A DNA stretch of 46,094 bases from an uncultured Nitrospirales bacterium (GCA_964401695.1 CAYNZS010000003.1:1-46094), one strand, 5' to 3'; numbered from the stretch's first letter, positions 27,575-37,450 are shown. The notes: a model not told the origin generated them from the sequence alone. Numbers and translations are program-made.

Positions 27575-29524
27575 ATGACCGCGACGGTTGAGACCCATGA
27601 ATTTCAAACGGAAGCCCGCCAACTCCTCGATTTGATGGTCCATTCGATTTACTCGAATAAGGACATATTCCTACGCGAGTTGATCTCGAATAGTTCGGAC
27701 GCCTTGGACCGGCGCAAGTTCGAGGGAGTGCAACAGCCCGAGCTCCTCGAGGGCAGCCCTGAACTGGAGATTTGGCTCGAACCGGACGCGGACGCGCGGA
27801 CGCTGACCGTTTCCGATCGCGGTATCGGCATGAACCGCGACGAGGTGATGGGGCTTATCGGCACGATTGCGAAGTCGGGTACGAAAGAGTTTATCGAGAA
27901 GTTGAGGGAGAACAAGGAGAATGCCCTCTCGCCGGATATGATCGGACAGTTTGGCGTGGGGTTCTATTCGAGCTTCATGGTGGCGGACAAGGTGACGATC
28001 GAGACGCGACGCGCCGGCGAAGAAACCGCGACGCGCTGGGAATGGAGCGGCGAAGGCACGTATACGCTGGAAGAAGTCGCGCGCGACGAACCGGGCACGT
28101 CGATCACGATGCACCTCAAAGAATCCGACGACGAGGACGGCCTGAGCGATTATACGGAGGAGTGGAAGCTCAGGGGCATCGTCAAGAAGTACTCCGATTT
28201 TGTGGCCTATCCCATCAAGATGAATGTGGAGCGCACGGAGGTCGAGCGGGACGAGGATGGCAAGCCGAAGGAAGGGGCGAAGGAAGAGACCGTCATCGAG
28301 GCGCAAACGTTGAACTCGATGAAGGCGATCTGGCTCAAAGAGAAATCGGAGGTCAGCGAGGATGAACTGGCCGAGTTCTACAAACACATTTCCCACGATT
28401 GGAATAAGCCTTTCGAGACGATTCGCGCGAAGATCGAAGGGACGCTCGAATACCGGCTGCTGATGTTCATCCCCGAGAAGTTGCCGATGGACCAACTCTA
28501 CCGGGATGCGAAGTTTGGATTGCAGCTCTATGTAAAACGTGTATTTATCATGGACGACTGCAAGGAGCTGGTCCCCGAGTACCTTCGTTTCGTCCGGGGC
28601 GTAGTGGATTCGGAGGACCTTTCGCTTAATATCTCGCGGGAAATCCTTCAGCAGGATCGGCAGATTCAGCGGATGCGCAAGGGGATTGTCGGGAAAGTTC
28701 TCGATTCGCTCAAGGCCATGTTCGACAAGGACCGCGACCGGTACTCGGCGTTCTGGAAGGAGTTCGGGCGGATCCTGAAGGAAGGCATCTACCTTGGTGG
28801 CGAGAACAAGGACCAAATCTTGGGAATCGCGCTGTTCGATTCGACCGAGGGCGAGTCGAAGCCGACATCGCTTGCGGAATATGTGTTGCGCATTAAGCCA
28901 GAGCAAGACACGATTTACTACATGACCGGCGAATCGCGGACGGTTGTCGAGAACTCACCGCACCTCGAGGCGTTCAAGGAAAAAGAGTACGAGGTCCTGA
29001 TTCTTACCGATCCAGTGGACGAGATCTGGGCGCAGTCCACGCCCGAGTTCGACGGGAAGAAGCTCCAATCAATCGGCAAGGGCGATGTCGAACTGGGCTC
29101 GGAAGAGGAAAAGAAGAAGGATGAGGAAGAGCGCAAGGAACAGGAGAAGAAGTTCGAGACGCTTCTGGAGTGCCTTCAAAAGAAGCTCGACGAAGTGGTG
29201 AAGGAAGTGCGAATCTCGAACCGCCTCCATACGTCGGCGGCCTGCCTCGTCGGGGATGAGGACGACCTTTCTCCGCAGCTTGAGGAAATGATGAAGTCGA
29301 TGGGGCAGGATATGCCGAAGACGAAACGGATACTTGAGGTAAATCCGGGCCATCCTGTCGTCGAGAAGTTGCAGGCCATCTTTGAAGGGGATCAGAAGGC
29401 GTCGGAACTCGCGGATCACGCGGAGTTACTCTACGGGCAAGCCCTTCTCGCCGAAGGCGGACAGCTCGCGGATCCGGGGAAATTCGCAAAGCTGGTCGCG
29501 GATGTCATGGCGAAAGCACTGTAG
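27575..29524 (+). CDS. htpG: molecular chaperone HtpG (Hsp90)
   Basis: Contains HEFQTEARQLLDLMVHSIYSNKDIFLRELISNSSDALD, GQFGVGFYS, and a charged linker. The ATG at 27575 is preceded by AGGAG (27563-27567), and the 51 upstream codons of the ORF model are discarded. Confidence 0.95.
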   Translation: MTATVETHEFQTEARQLLDLMVHSIYSNKDIFLRELISNSSDALDRRKFEGVQQPELLEGSPELEIWLEPDADARTLTVSDRGIGMNRDEVMGLIGTIAKSGTKEFIEKLRENKENALSPDMIGQFGVGFYSSFMVADKVTIETRRAGEETATRWEWSGEGTYTLEEVARDEPGTSITMHLKESDDEDGLSDYTEEWKLRGIVKKYSDFVAYPIKMNVERTEVERDEDGKPKEGAKEETVIEAQTLNSMKAIWLKEKSEVSEDELAEFYKHISHDWNKPFETIRAKIEGTLEYRLLMFIPEKLPMDQLYRDAKFGLQLYVKRVFIMDDCKELVPEYLRFVRGVVDSEDLSLNISREILQQDRQIQRMRKGIVGKVLDSLKAMFDKDRDRYSAFWKEFGRILKEGIYLGGENKDQILGIALFDSTEGESKPTSLAEYVLRIKPEQDTIYYMTGESRTVVENSPHLEAFKEKEYEVLILTDPVDEIWAQSTPEFDGKKLQSIGKGDVELGSEEEKKKDEEERKEQEKKFETLLECLQKKLDEVVKEVRISNRLHTSAACLVGDEDDLSPQLEEMMKSMGQDMPKTKRILEVNPGHPVVEKLQAIFEGDQKASELADHAELLYGQALLAEGGQLADPGKFAKLVADVMAKAL

Positions 29525-29646
29525 GGGTTCTCTGGGGTTTTTTACCTTATCACGCGTCCGCTGAAAGCGTACAAGTCCACAACTCAGGACGGCCGTTGGC
29601 CGCAACCAAAACGTGGCCGCTCTTTACAGAAATATTGCCCATTCCT

Positions 29647-29779
29647 GCCATTGTGAGGGAGCGCGGCAGTCTTCTCGCCGCCACGCGGCCCCCGGACTCT
29701 CTGGCACGACAACTCGTCGTTGGCCAGACACCGATCAACGGCCGGAGTAGATTGCTTCGTCGTGCCTCCTCGCAATGAC
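29647..29779. repeat. 133-nt long-hairpin repeat (family B, GTCATTGCGAGG type), solo copy
   Basis: The left arm is GCCATTGTGAGGGAG and the right arm is AGATTGCTTCGTCGTGCCTCCTCGCAATGAC. Compare the 23473-23570 copy, whose right arm is AGATTGCCGCGTCGGCGGAACCTCCTCGCAATGAC. Confidence 0.65.
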
Positions 29780-29856
29780 AGAGAAGGGTGTGAGTTGGCT
29801 TATCGGCAAGAGGCGAAACTGGATACGCCTATTTTGGTTGCGGCGGCGCTGCCGAG

Positions 29857-30780
29857 TTAGCCCTTGAGAGCGCCCATGGTGATCCCGCTGGTAAGTTGCC
29901 GCTGCAAAACGATGTACACGAGGAGCGTTGGAACTATCACGATAACGAGCCCCGCGAAGAGCAGGCCGAAGTCCGTCTTGTATTGGGCCTGTATGCTGAC
30001 ACTTGCGAGGCCGAGGGGCAGAGTCTTATTTTCGGTGGAATTCACGAAGACGAGGGCGAAGAGGTATTCGTTCCAGAGACCGAGGAAGTTGAAGATCGCG
30101 GCGGTGACGAGGCCCGGCTTGGCGAGGGGGAGCATGATGTGGCGGAAGACGGCGAACTCGCTGCATCCGTCGATGATGCCCGCTTCGCGGAGTGTGCCGG
30201 GCAGCGACTTGAAGAATCCGGTCAGCAGAAGGATCGTGAAGGGGAGACTGAAGGCGATGTAGATCGCGATGAGGCCGGATAGCGAGTCGTGCAATTGCAC
30301 TTCCGCGCCGAAAGGCCCTGTTAGGAATGAGAGGCCGTTAGACATGCGCGTGAATTGAAAGAAGAGGGGCAGGAGTATGAGCTGCGCGGGGATCATCATG
30401 CCGCTGATGAGGTATAGGAAGATTGTGCGGTTGCCTTTGAAGGGAAATCGGGCTAGGGCGTAGGCGGCCATGCTGGATACGGCTAGAATCCCCGCGAGCG
30501 ACAGTGTGGTTACGAAGACGCTGTTGACGAAGAATGTCCCGAAATGCGACTTGGCCCACGCGTTCTCGAAATTGGCCTTCGCGGAATCCCACGGTTCGGG
30601 CGCGCCGGGCTCCTCGGCGTAGGGGGAGCCGGTGAGGACCCACGGCGCGCCGAATGGGTTCTCGAATATTTCTTTTGAGCTGCGCAGAGAATTGGCGAAA
30701 ACCCACAGCATGGGCAGGACGACGGCAAGTAGCCACGCGGATAGTAGGGCGTAGGTCAGGGCTTTCAGCGCGCGAGCCAT
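29857..30780 (-). CDS. carbohydrate ABC transporter permease (MalG-like)
   Basis: 307-aa, 6-TM ORF with the EAA-type loop (REAGIIDGCSEFAVFRHIMLPLAKPG). Its ATG overlaps the stop of the upstream permease gene (ATGA). Confidence 0.9.
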   Translation of the reverse strand: MARALKALTYALLSAWLLAVVLPMLWVFANSLRSSKEIFENPFGAPWVLTGSPYAEEPGAPEPWDSAKANFENAWAKSHFGTFFVNSVFVTTLSLAGILAVSSMAAYALARFPFKGNRTIFLYLISGMMIPAQLILLPLFFQFTRMSNGLSFLTGPFGAEVQLHDSLSGLIAIYIAFSLPFTILLLTGFFKSLPGTLREAGIIDGCSEFAVFRHIMLPLAKPGLVTAAIFNFLGLWNEYLFALVFVNSTENKTLPLGLASVSIQAQYKTDFGLLFAGLVIVIVPTLLVYIVLQRQLTSGITMGALKG

Positions 30781-31694
30781 CAGTATTCCAGGGCCTCCTG
30801 GCGCGAAAGCCGCAGCGTAACGAGAGTCGAGGCGAAGACGATGAGGAAGAGCATGACGGCCACTGCGGCCGCGTAGCCCACGTTATATTCGCTGAATACT
30901 TTTTGGTACAGGACCGTCGCCATGACGTGGGAGTCGGGCGTGGGGTATTGGTTTTCCATGACCCACACGGCGTCAAAAAATTTCGCGCAGCCTATAACCA
31001 TAAAAACGAGCCCAACGGCGATGACTTCTCGGATCATGGGGAGGGTCACGAAACGGAACTGGTCTACGGGCGTCGCGCCGTCCAGCGTTGCCGCTTCGTA
31101 ATACTCCTCCGGAATGCCCTCCATGGCGGCGAGGAAGAGGACCATGTAGAAACCGGTTGCGGTCCAGACGAGCATCGGTATGAGGGCGAAGATGAGTGTG
31201 CTCGAATCGATGAAGGAGACCGGGACTCTATCTTCTAACCAGTCGATCCCGACCGAGGCGAGGCCCCTATCCAACAATCCGAGAATGCCATTGAAGACGC
31301 CGAAGTCGCTGGTGCTGTAGAGCAGCATCCACAACAGCGCGACGGCCACGGCGGCGATGATGTTGGGAAAGAAGAACGCGATTCGGAATACGCGCGCGCC
31401 GCGAATCTTACGGTGGAGAAGGGCCGCGAAGAATAAGGCCAAAGCGAGGGTCAAGGTTCCGCCGGCCCCGGCCAGCAGCATGTTGTTGTTCAGCGCGGAG
31501 AGGAACAAGTCGTCGGCGAATAGGTCTCTGAAATTGCTGAAACCGACCCATTCCAGCTCGCCGAGGCCATCCCACTTCTGGACGCTGTAGACGAGGGCGC
31601 GAACCCCCGGCCATGCAACGAGCGCCGTGAACAAAAGAACGGCCGGAGAGAGGAACGCGGCTATGAAAGTGCGCTGCTGGCGTCGAATGATCAA
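30780..31694 (-). CDS. carbohydrate ABC transporter permease (MalF-like)
   Basis: 304-aa, 6-TM ORF with the EAA loop (YEAATLDGATPVDQFRFVTLPMI). The TTG start overlaps the stop of the binding-protein gene. Confidence 0.9.
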   Translation of the reverse strand: MIIRRQQRTFIAAFLSPAVLLFTALVAWPGVRALVYSVQKWDGLGELEWVGFSNFRDLFADDLFLSALNNNMLLAGAGGTLTLALALFFAALLHRKIRGARVFRIAFFFPNIIAAVAVALLWMLLYSTSDFGVFNGILGLLDRGLASVGIDWLEDRVPVSFIDSSTLIFALIPMLVWTATGFYMVLFLAAMEGIPEEYYEAATLDGATPVDQFRFVTLPMIREVIAVGLVFMVIGCAKFFDAVWVMENQYPTPDSHVMATVLYQKVFSEYNVGYAAAVAVMLFLIVFASTLVTLRLSRQEALEY

Positions 31695-33055
31695 TAGGGT
31701 TCTCCATATTTTCCAGGATCGTACGGGACATGCGCGGGCGGATTGAAATCAGGATCTTCGAGAGCCACGGCCACCCCGTCATCCAGCGCCTTGCTGAAGT
31801 CTTCCGGGGTCATCTCGCCGCGCAACAAGGCGGAAATGGCCAAGCCCATATCCTGGTTGCGCCACTCGTGGAGCAAATCGCGCAAGCGCACGTTGAATAT
31901 TCCCTGAGACGTTTCGATAACATCGAGCACGGAGCCGAGGGCGGGCGTCAGCGATTCGCGGGGCGTGGCCCCTTTAAGCGGCGAGATGACCCCGATGCTT
32001 TCCCCCATATCGGCCGCCTTGTCGCGCGACACCATATACTTCGCGAAATCGAACGCGTCCGCGGGATACCGGGCGTCGACCGGCACGAAGAGAAACTCCA
32101 TGCCCTGTCCGTGGAGCATCGCTGGATTGCCCTGTCCGTTCGCCACCGCGGGAACCGTGAAGCAGCGCATCTCGAAGCCCGGCGGCGTAACATCTTTCAT
32201 CTCGTTCTCCAGCCAGATGCCGCAGAAGATCATAGCCGCGTTCCCCATCACAAATTCATGTTGGCTGTCCGTATGCGTCATGGCCATGGCCCCGCGCTGA
32301 AAGTGGCCCACCGCAAGTTCCTGCATGAGGCTCGCCGCGCGGATCGCGTCCGGATGGGAAAAGGCGCCCGGCTCAAGATTGTTGATTCGGTTTATCGCTT
32401 CGAGCCCGCCGACGCGTTGGTACAGCGAAACGAGAGTGTTCCAACCGTAGAAGTTCGTGTACTTGCCCTGAAACGACAACGGCGCGATACCCGCCGCCCG
32501 AATCGCTTCGCACAACTCGAGGAATTCCCGCCACGTCTCTGGGGCCACCCAGCCGTTTTCCCGGAACATGCGCGCGTCGTACCAACATGTCCACACGCCG
32601 TAGGCCGCCGGGATCGCGTAGACCTGCCCGCCGCTCTTGAACATCTCCAACATGCCGTCGGCAAATTGGCCGCCCCACATGACTTCGCCACCATAACCGG
32701 GAGTTTCCAACGTCTCGTTGAATGGGATCAGTTTTTCCCGTTCGATGAGCAACCACAGCGGCAGGCGCTCGTCCAGGATGAGGTCGGGCGGGTCGCCGCG
32801 CAACAGTCGAGGCTTGATAATATCCGCCGTGCGCGGATCGCCCCAAAGTTCGACAGAGACGTTCTCCTTAGCCGCGCTGTACTCCCCGGCGATCTTCGTG
32901 TGCCATTGAATGCCGTAGCCGCCTTCAAAAATGGCCACCTCAAGATCGCGATGCGCATCCTTCTCGTTCGGAACCGGACGAAAGAGGTCGCGGCCGCAGA
33001 ACAGAGCGGCTAGAGTGGACAACACAAGAAACCCAACGAGCGATCTTGGAGGCAT
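31691..33055 (-). CDS. extracellular solute-binding protein of a sugar ABC importer (probable lipoprotein)
   Basis: The start is placed at the ATG at 33055 (MPPRSLVGFLVLSTLAALFCG, a signal peptide with a Cys). The rest is family-1 SBP-like and sits upstream of the two permease genes. No ATPase gene is present in the window. Confidence 0.85.
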   Translation of the reverse strand: MPPRSLVGFLVLSTLAALFCGRDLFRPVPNEKDAHRDLEVAIFEGGYGIQWHTKIAGEYSAAKENVSVELWGDPRTADIIKPRLLRGDPPDLILDERLPLWLLIEREKLIPFNETLETPGYGGEVMWGGQFADGMLEMFKSGGQVYAIPAAYGVWTCWYDARMFRENGWVAPETWREFLELCEAIRAAGIAPLSFQGKYTNFYGWNTLVSLYQRVGGLEAINRINNLEPGAFSHPDAIRAASLMQELAVGHFQRGAMAMTHTDSQHEFVMGNAAMIFCGIWLENEMKDVTPPGFEMRCFTVPAVANGQGNPAMLHGQGMEFLFVPVDARYPADAFDFAKYMVSRDKAADMGESIGVISPLKGATPRESLTPALGSVLDVIETSQGIFNVRLRDLLHEWRNQDMGLAISALLRGEMTPEDFSKALDDGVAVALEDPDFNPPAHVPYDPGKYGEPY

Positions 33056-33515
33056 GGGCAAGAGTGTAGAGGGGAGGCGGTGACAAGGCAAATGAATCCG
33101 CGAAACCGTAAGCGTACCCCCCCTCCGTGCTCTGGAAAACGCGTTCGGCATAAGTCGAAAGGATGTTGACGGAGAATCCCGCAAAACTCGAGGAAACGAG
33201 ATGCTTCGGGAAATCTCTTTTTTTCAGGGCTTATGATTCGAATTGTTTAGATGTGGCCCGCGATCTGCTAGACCCTGGTTTGGACCCGGAAGGGGCTGGA
33301 ATCACCTCTCTACTGAATGGGGCGAAAGCGAGCGGTCGGCGGGAATGGTTGGAACTGTTTGAGTCGTTTCAATCGGTGTCCGGGCTCTACTCGGAACGTG
33401 TCGATACCTCTTGGCCAACCCGCACAGTTGATAGCTCGACGTAGAATGGGTAAGGTACGCATGCTATTTATCCAGCGCTGGATTGCCGCTCCTCCAAACT
33501 GACGAGGTCATTTCA

Positions 33516-34214
33516 ATGAATATGGAGATTCCATCCGAAGCTTTTGCGGGCGAAGCCAAGATCGAGAGCCTCCGCGTGGAACATACCGTTTTCTACGCGG
33601 TGCTGGAGCCCGAAGCGTCGGACGCGGGTCCACCTGCGCTGCTCCTGGCCCTGCACGGGTACGGCCAGGCGAGCAAGAGTTTCATCCGAAATTTCCGATG
33701 GCTGCGAGATAGGAATATTCTCGTTGTCGCGCCGCAGGGGCCCAACCAATTCCGTTGGGAGGAAACGGGGTCCGTCGGTTTCGGGTGGCTCGCCGAGCAC
33801 AAGCCCAAAGAAACCATCGAAGACCAAATGACCTACATGCGCACGCTCTTCGAAAAACTGCGGGCGAATTATGAATTCGATCCGGAACGGATCTTCACGC
33901 TTGGGTTCAGCCAGGGAACGCCGGTGGCTTATCGCGTCGGCGCTTCGGACATCGCCAAGGTGCGGGGCGTTATCGCGTGCGCGGGAAGATTGCCGGAAGA
34001 CGTCATCCGGCGCATGGGCACGTTTGACGAGTTTCCCGTACTGATTGTGCATGGGCGCGGCGATGAGTCGGTACCCATGTCGGATGCGAAAGAGGCCGAG
34101 GCCGTTCTGAACGAGAGCGGATTCGAGGTGCAGACGCATTACTTCGATGGATACCACGACCTCCCGCCGGACCAGGTGGATGCGATCGTGAAATGGATCG
34201 AGGCGCAGGGGTAG
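33516..34214 (+). CDS. alpha/beta hydrolase (phospholipase/carboxylesterase family esterase)
   Basis: Contains the GFSQG nucleophile elbow, LLLALHGYG, and C-terminal IVHGRGD...H catalytic-triad spacing. The ATG is at 33516 (MNMEIP). Confidence 0.8.
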   Translation: MNMEIPSEAFAGEAKIESLRVEHTVFYAVLEPEASDAGPPALLLALHGYGQASKSFIRNFRWLRDRNILVVAPQGPNQFRWEETGSVGFGWLAEHKPKETIEDQMTYMRTLFEKLRANYEFDPERIFTLGFSQGTPVAYRVGASDIAKVRGVIACAGRLPEDVIRRMGTFDEFPVLIVHGRGDESVPMSDAKEAEAVLNESGFEVQTHYFDGYHDLPPDQVDAIVKWIEAQG

Positions 34215-34300
34215 GGATTTCGGCTCCCCGCGTTGGTCGAGAGCTTTGGGTGGGCATATCCCGTCATTTGCGCTCCCGAAGAGCTACCGGAGGAATCGTC

Positions 34301-34465
34301 GTGCGAAATGGCCAGATCATTGAGAAAGTACGCCGAATTCGCCAGGAGCATTCGGCACAGTTCGATTATGATATGCGCGCGATGGTGGCTGACTTGCGTC
34401 GGCGAGAGCAAGAAAGCCCTGGCCGAATTGTTGATTTCCCCGCCAAACGCATCGAAGGGGGATGA
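34301..34465 (+). CDS. small hypothetical protein (54 aa)
   Basis: A GTG start is preceded by GGAGG at 6-nt spacing. The product is VRNGQIIEKVRRIRQEHSAQFDYDMRAMVADLRRREQESPGRIVDFPAKRIEGG, which resembles short conserved hypothetical proteins common in this kind of genome. No domain is assignable. Confidence 0.4.
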   Translation: MRNGQIIEKVRRIRQEHSAQFDYDMRAMVADLRRREQESPGRIVDFPAKRIEGG

Positions 34466-34535
34466 TTCGGGATCGTAATATTGCGGCACCAATCCGAACG
34501 CCCCGGCGACCGAGTTTCGCGCGTCCTTCTCTTGG

Positions 34536-35600
34536 TCAACGATACAGACTTCGCCCGATTCCCATGGCCTCGCGGCAGGCTTCCACGGTTTCGATGGTTA
34601 CGGGGGTTACTTTCTGGGCGTTTTCGCGCAGGAACTCTTCGACGGTTTCGTCGGTGTTGCCGGGGGCGTGGAAGGCTTCGATGATCGGCGCGTTGAATCG
34701 GCTGACGTGCTCGGCCAGCGTAGTCTTGAGGTTGCCGTAGAACTTCTCGCCGCGCCGGTATTTTCCGACAAAATCGAGGTACACGTCTTTCGGGGCCAAC
34801 AGGTGAAGAAAGAAGTATAGCGCGCCCACGGTGGCCGGCATTTCGGGGATCACGTCGTCCGGTTCGTTCGATTCGGTTTTCAGCGGCAACGGGTCCGTAG
34901 TCGTCGGGACGCCCTTAATCTTCTTGAGTACGAGCTTCGGATCGTCGAGCAATCCGAGATCGTTGTTGTCACTCTTGCCCATCTTAGCGCCGCCGTCAAG
35001 CCCCGGCAGGCGCACCGCCGTCTTCGGGACGGACCGGGGAATCTTGAGGGTTTCGCCGAAACGGTGGTTGAATTTCTTCGCGATATCGATAGCCATCTCT
35101 ACGTGCTGGCGCTGGTCGTGGCCGACCGGAACGATGTCGGATTTTACGATGAGGATGTCGGTCGCCATGAGGATGGGATAGCCTAACAATCCGTAAGAGA
35201 TGGGATTGCCATCCGGTCTGGACGTACTGTCGCCCGGCAGTTTGCTTACCGCGTCTTTATACGTGGTGCCGCGTTCGAGGTGCCCGATGTTCGTCATCAT
35301 GCCGAGGAGCAGGGCGAGTTCGGTGGTCGATTGGATATCGCTTTGCCGGTAGATGGTGGACCGCTTCGGGTCGAGTCCGCAGGCGACATAGGTGCGCAAC
35401 ATGTCGAGCGTCTGGCGGTAGTAGTCGGTGTGTTCCTTGATGGTGGTCAAGGCGTGGTAGTCGGCCACGAAGTAGTAGCAATCGTGTCCCTCGTCCTGAA
35501 GGCGCAGAAAATCCTTGACCGCGCCGAAATAGTTGCCGTAATGCAGCCGCCCCGTGGGCCGAATGCCCGAGAGGATGACTGTGTTCTTTTCGTCCGTCAT
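34536..35600 (-). CDS. trpS: tryptophan--tRNA ligase
   Basis: Contains the HIGH-type motif (GRLHYGNYFG) and the KMSKS-type motif (KMGKSDNN). The ATG is at 35600 (MTDEKNTVILSGIRPTG). The upstream 121 codons of the ORF model are translated repeats. Confidence 0.95.
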   Translation of the reverse strand: MTDEKNTVILSGIRPTGRLHYGNYFGAVKDFLRLQDEGHDCYYFVADYHALTTIKEHTDYYRQTLDMLRTYVACGLDPKRSTIYRQSDIQSTTELALLLGMMTNIGHLERGTTYKDAVSKLPGDSTSRPDGNPISYGLLGYPILMATDILIVKSDIVPVGHDQRQHVEMAIDIAKKFNHRFGETLKIPRSVPKTAVRLPGLDGGAKMGKSDNNDLGLLDDPKLVLKKIKGVPTTTDPLPLKTESNEPDDVIPEMPATVGALYFFLHLLAPKDVYLDFVGKYRRGEKFYGNLKTTLAEHVSRFNAPIIEAFHAPGNTDETVEEFLRENAQKVTPVTIETVEACREAMGIGRSLYR

Positions 35601-35642
35601 CTGAATGCCCTTGCTTATCCCAAGCGCCAATCCAAAAAGAGA

Positions 35643-35759
35643 CCTCGTTCCCACAGTCCTCCGTGGGAACGCATGCCATGCAATCTTCGCCCGCGCCGCT
35701 TTTGTCTTGGACCCCATGCGTCTCGTATGCGTTCCCGCGCTGGAGCATGGGAACGAGAG
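35643..35759. repeat. composite repeat (family C): two CGTTCCCACGG-type hairpins in inverted orientation around a 48-nt spacer
   Basis: 35646-35671 (CGTTCCCACAGTCCTCCGTGGGAACG) is itself a hairpin. 35725-35759 is an imperfect reverse-complement copy of 35643-35676. The same architecture occurs at 42374-42489. Confidence 0.7.
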
Positions 35760-35779
35760 GAAAACGAAAACGCTCGACA

Positions 35780-35830
35780 GGCCACAGAACGCACAGAGAG
35801 GTTCTCCGTGGCCCCTGTGTGCTCTGTGGC
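35780..35830. repeat. CACAGAG-unit hairpin (family D)
   Basis: In GGCCACAGAACGCACAGAGAGGTTCTCCGTGGCCCCTGTGTGCTCTGTGGC, the two ends are imperfectly complementary. It is related to 23018-23047. Confidence 0.65.
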
Positions 35831-35842
35831 TTAAGATGGCCT

Positions 35843-37351
35843 CTACATCTTCTGCATCAAGGCCAGAAATTCTTCGTTGGACTTTGTCTTTTTGAGCTTG
35901 CCGACGAGCATCTCGGTGGCCTCGGCCACGTCGAGCGGGCTGAGGACTTTGAGCAATAGCCATATGCGCTGCAACTCGTCCTCGTCGAGCAGGAGTTCCT
36001 CCTTGCGGGTACGCGACCGATGCAAGTCGACGGCGGGGAAGATGCGCTTCTCCATCAGGCGCCGGTCGAGGTGAATCTCCATGTTGCCCGTGCCTTTGAA
36101 TTCCTCGAAGATAACATCGTCCATACGGCTGCCCGTCTCAACGAGCGCAGTGGCAAGAATAGTCAGGCTGCCGCCTTCCTCAATGTTCCGCGCCGCGCCG
36201 AAGAAGCGCTTCGGGCGTTGCAGGGCGTTGGAATCCACGCCACCGGTGAGCACCTTGCCGCTCGAGGGCACGGTCAGGTTGTAGGCACGGGCTAAGCGGG
36301 TGATCGAGTCGAGAAGGATGACGACATCGCGCTTGTGCTCGACGAGGCGGCGCGCCTTTTCGAGAACCATCTCCGCCACCTGAATGTGGCGTTCGGCGGG
36401 CTCGTCAAAGGTGGAAGCGATGACCTCGCCCTTGACGGAGCGCTTCATGTCGGTGACTTCTTCGGGTCGCTCGTCGATGAGCAGCACGATGACGGTGCAC
36501 TCGGGATGGTTCACGGTGATGCTGTTCGCGATCTTTTGAAGCAGGACCGTCTTCCCGGTGAAGGGCGCCGCGACGATGAGGCCGCGTTGTCCTTTGCCGA
36601 TAGGCGCGATTAGATCGAGCACGCGCATGGCCACTTCCTTCGATTCAGTCTCGAGCCGGATCCGCTCGTTCGGATGAAGCGGCGTCAGGTTATCGAAGAG
36701 GATGCGTTCGCGCGCAACTTGGGGACTGTCGTTGTTGACGGCCTCGACTTTGAGCAGCGCAAAGTAGCGCTCGCCTTCTTTTGGGGGCCGCACATGGCCT
36801 TGAATCGTGTCGCCTGTGCGCAGGGAAAACTTGCGGATCTGCGACGGCGACACGTAGATGTCATCGGGGCCGGGCATGTACGAATAATCGCCGGAACGAA
36901 GAAATCCGAAACCGTCCGGGAGAATCTCAAGAGCACCTTCCCCGTAGATGGCGCCCGTCTTTTCAATACTCGCTTGCAGAATCCAGAAAATGAGATCTTG
37001 CTTCTTCATTCCCTGATCTTCGATGCCGAGCGTTTCCGACATTTCCGTCAGCTCAGGCATGGACATGTTCTTCAGGTCGACGATCGAGAGTTCGGGGCCC
37101 GTAATCTCCCCGATTTCCTCGTCACCCACATCCCGGTTGGGTCCAGTATTTCGGACGGGTTGCTGGCGGTATCGCGCCTGGTCCTGACCTTGGCCCTGTC
37201 CCTGGAGACGGCGCTGTTTTCCTTTGCCCTGCGCTCTTCCGCGCCCCTGGCCGCCCTTGCCCTGGCCGGAGTTTTGGCCGCCATCTGGGCGCCGTCGCGA
37301 ACCGCCCTTTGGGCGGTTGGCTACTTTTTCAGGGCTGGTTTTCTCAGGCAT
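35843..37351 (-). CDS. rho: transcription termination factor Rho with an N-terminal Arg/Gly/Gln-rich extension
   Basis: Contains the Rho N-terminal domain ([18 protein letters not shown]), an OB-fold RNA-binding region, Walker A ([15 protein letters not shown]) and Walker B (VILLDSITR). About 75 low-complexity residues precede the conserved part. Confidence 0.95.
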   Translation of the reverse strand: MPEKTSPEKVANRPKGGSRRRPDGGQNSGQGKGGQGRGRAQGKGKQRRLQGQGQGQDQARYRQQPVRNTGPNRDVGDEEIGEITGPELSIVDLKNMSMPELTEMSETLGIEDQGMKKQDLIFWILQASIEKTGAIYGEGALEILPDGFGFLRSGDYSYMPGPDDIYVSPSQIRKFSLRTGDTIQGHVRPPKEGERYFALLKVEAVNNDSPQVARERILFDNLTPLHPNERIRLETESKEVAMRVLDLIAPIGKGQRGLIVAAPFTGKTVLLQKIANSITVNHPECTVIVLLIDERPEEVTDMKRSVKGEVIASTFDEPAERHIQVAEMVLEKARRLVEHKRDVVILLDSITRLARAYNLTVPSSGKVLTGGVDSNALQRPKRFFGAARNIEEGGSLTILATALVETGSRMDDVIFEEFKGTGNMEIHLDRRLMEKRIFPAVDLHRSRTRKEELLLDEDELQRIWLLLKVLSPLDVAEATEMLVGKLKKTKSNEEFLALMQKM

Positions 37352-37450
37352 TCAATAACCTCTCGTCTCCCACTGAAGGGGCTTTCATATTCCGAGACCG
37401 CCCGGCAACGGGGCAGGACAATCCGGGTTTTCTTGTCTAGGGGACCTCGT

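Noticed and set aside
33197-33226. Hairpin plus T7 run (GAGATGCTTCGGGAAATCTCTTTTTTT), resembling an intrinsic terminator on the plus strand in the leader region of the sugar-binding-protein gene.
   Set aside because: The stem is only 5 bp and AT-rich. There is no plus-strand gene upstream to terminate. The evidence is too weak to call an sRNA.
33163-33444. 93-aa plus-strand ORF in the 461-nt gap upstream of the esterase.
   Set aside because: There is no usable RBS spacing, it has many A/T-ending codons unlike the surrounding genes, and it has no recognisable motif.
35601-35963. N-terminal extensions in the ORF-track models of trpS (also lpxA 43370-43675, polA 40139-40222, htpG 27422-27574, and the binding protein 33056-33184).
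   Set aside because: The extensions translate intergenic repeats or low-complexity sequence. Conserved N-termini begin at internal ATGs with good Shine-Dalgarno motifs.
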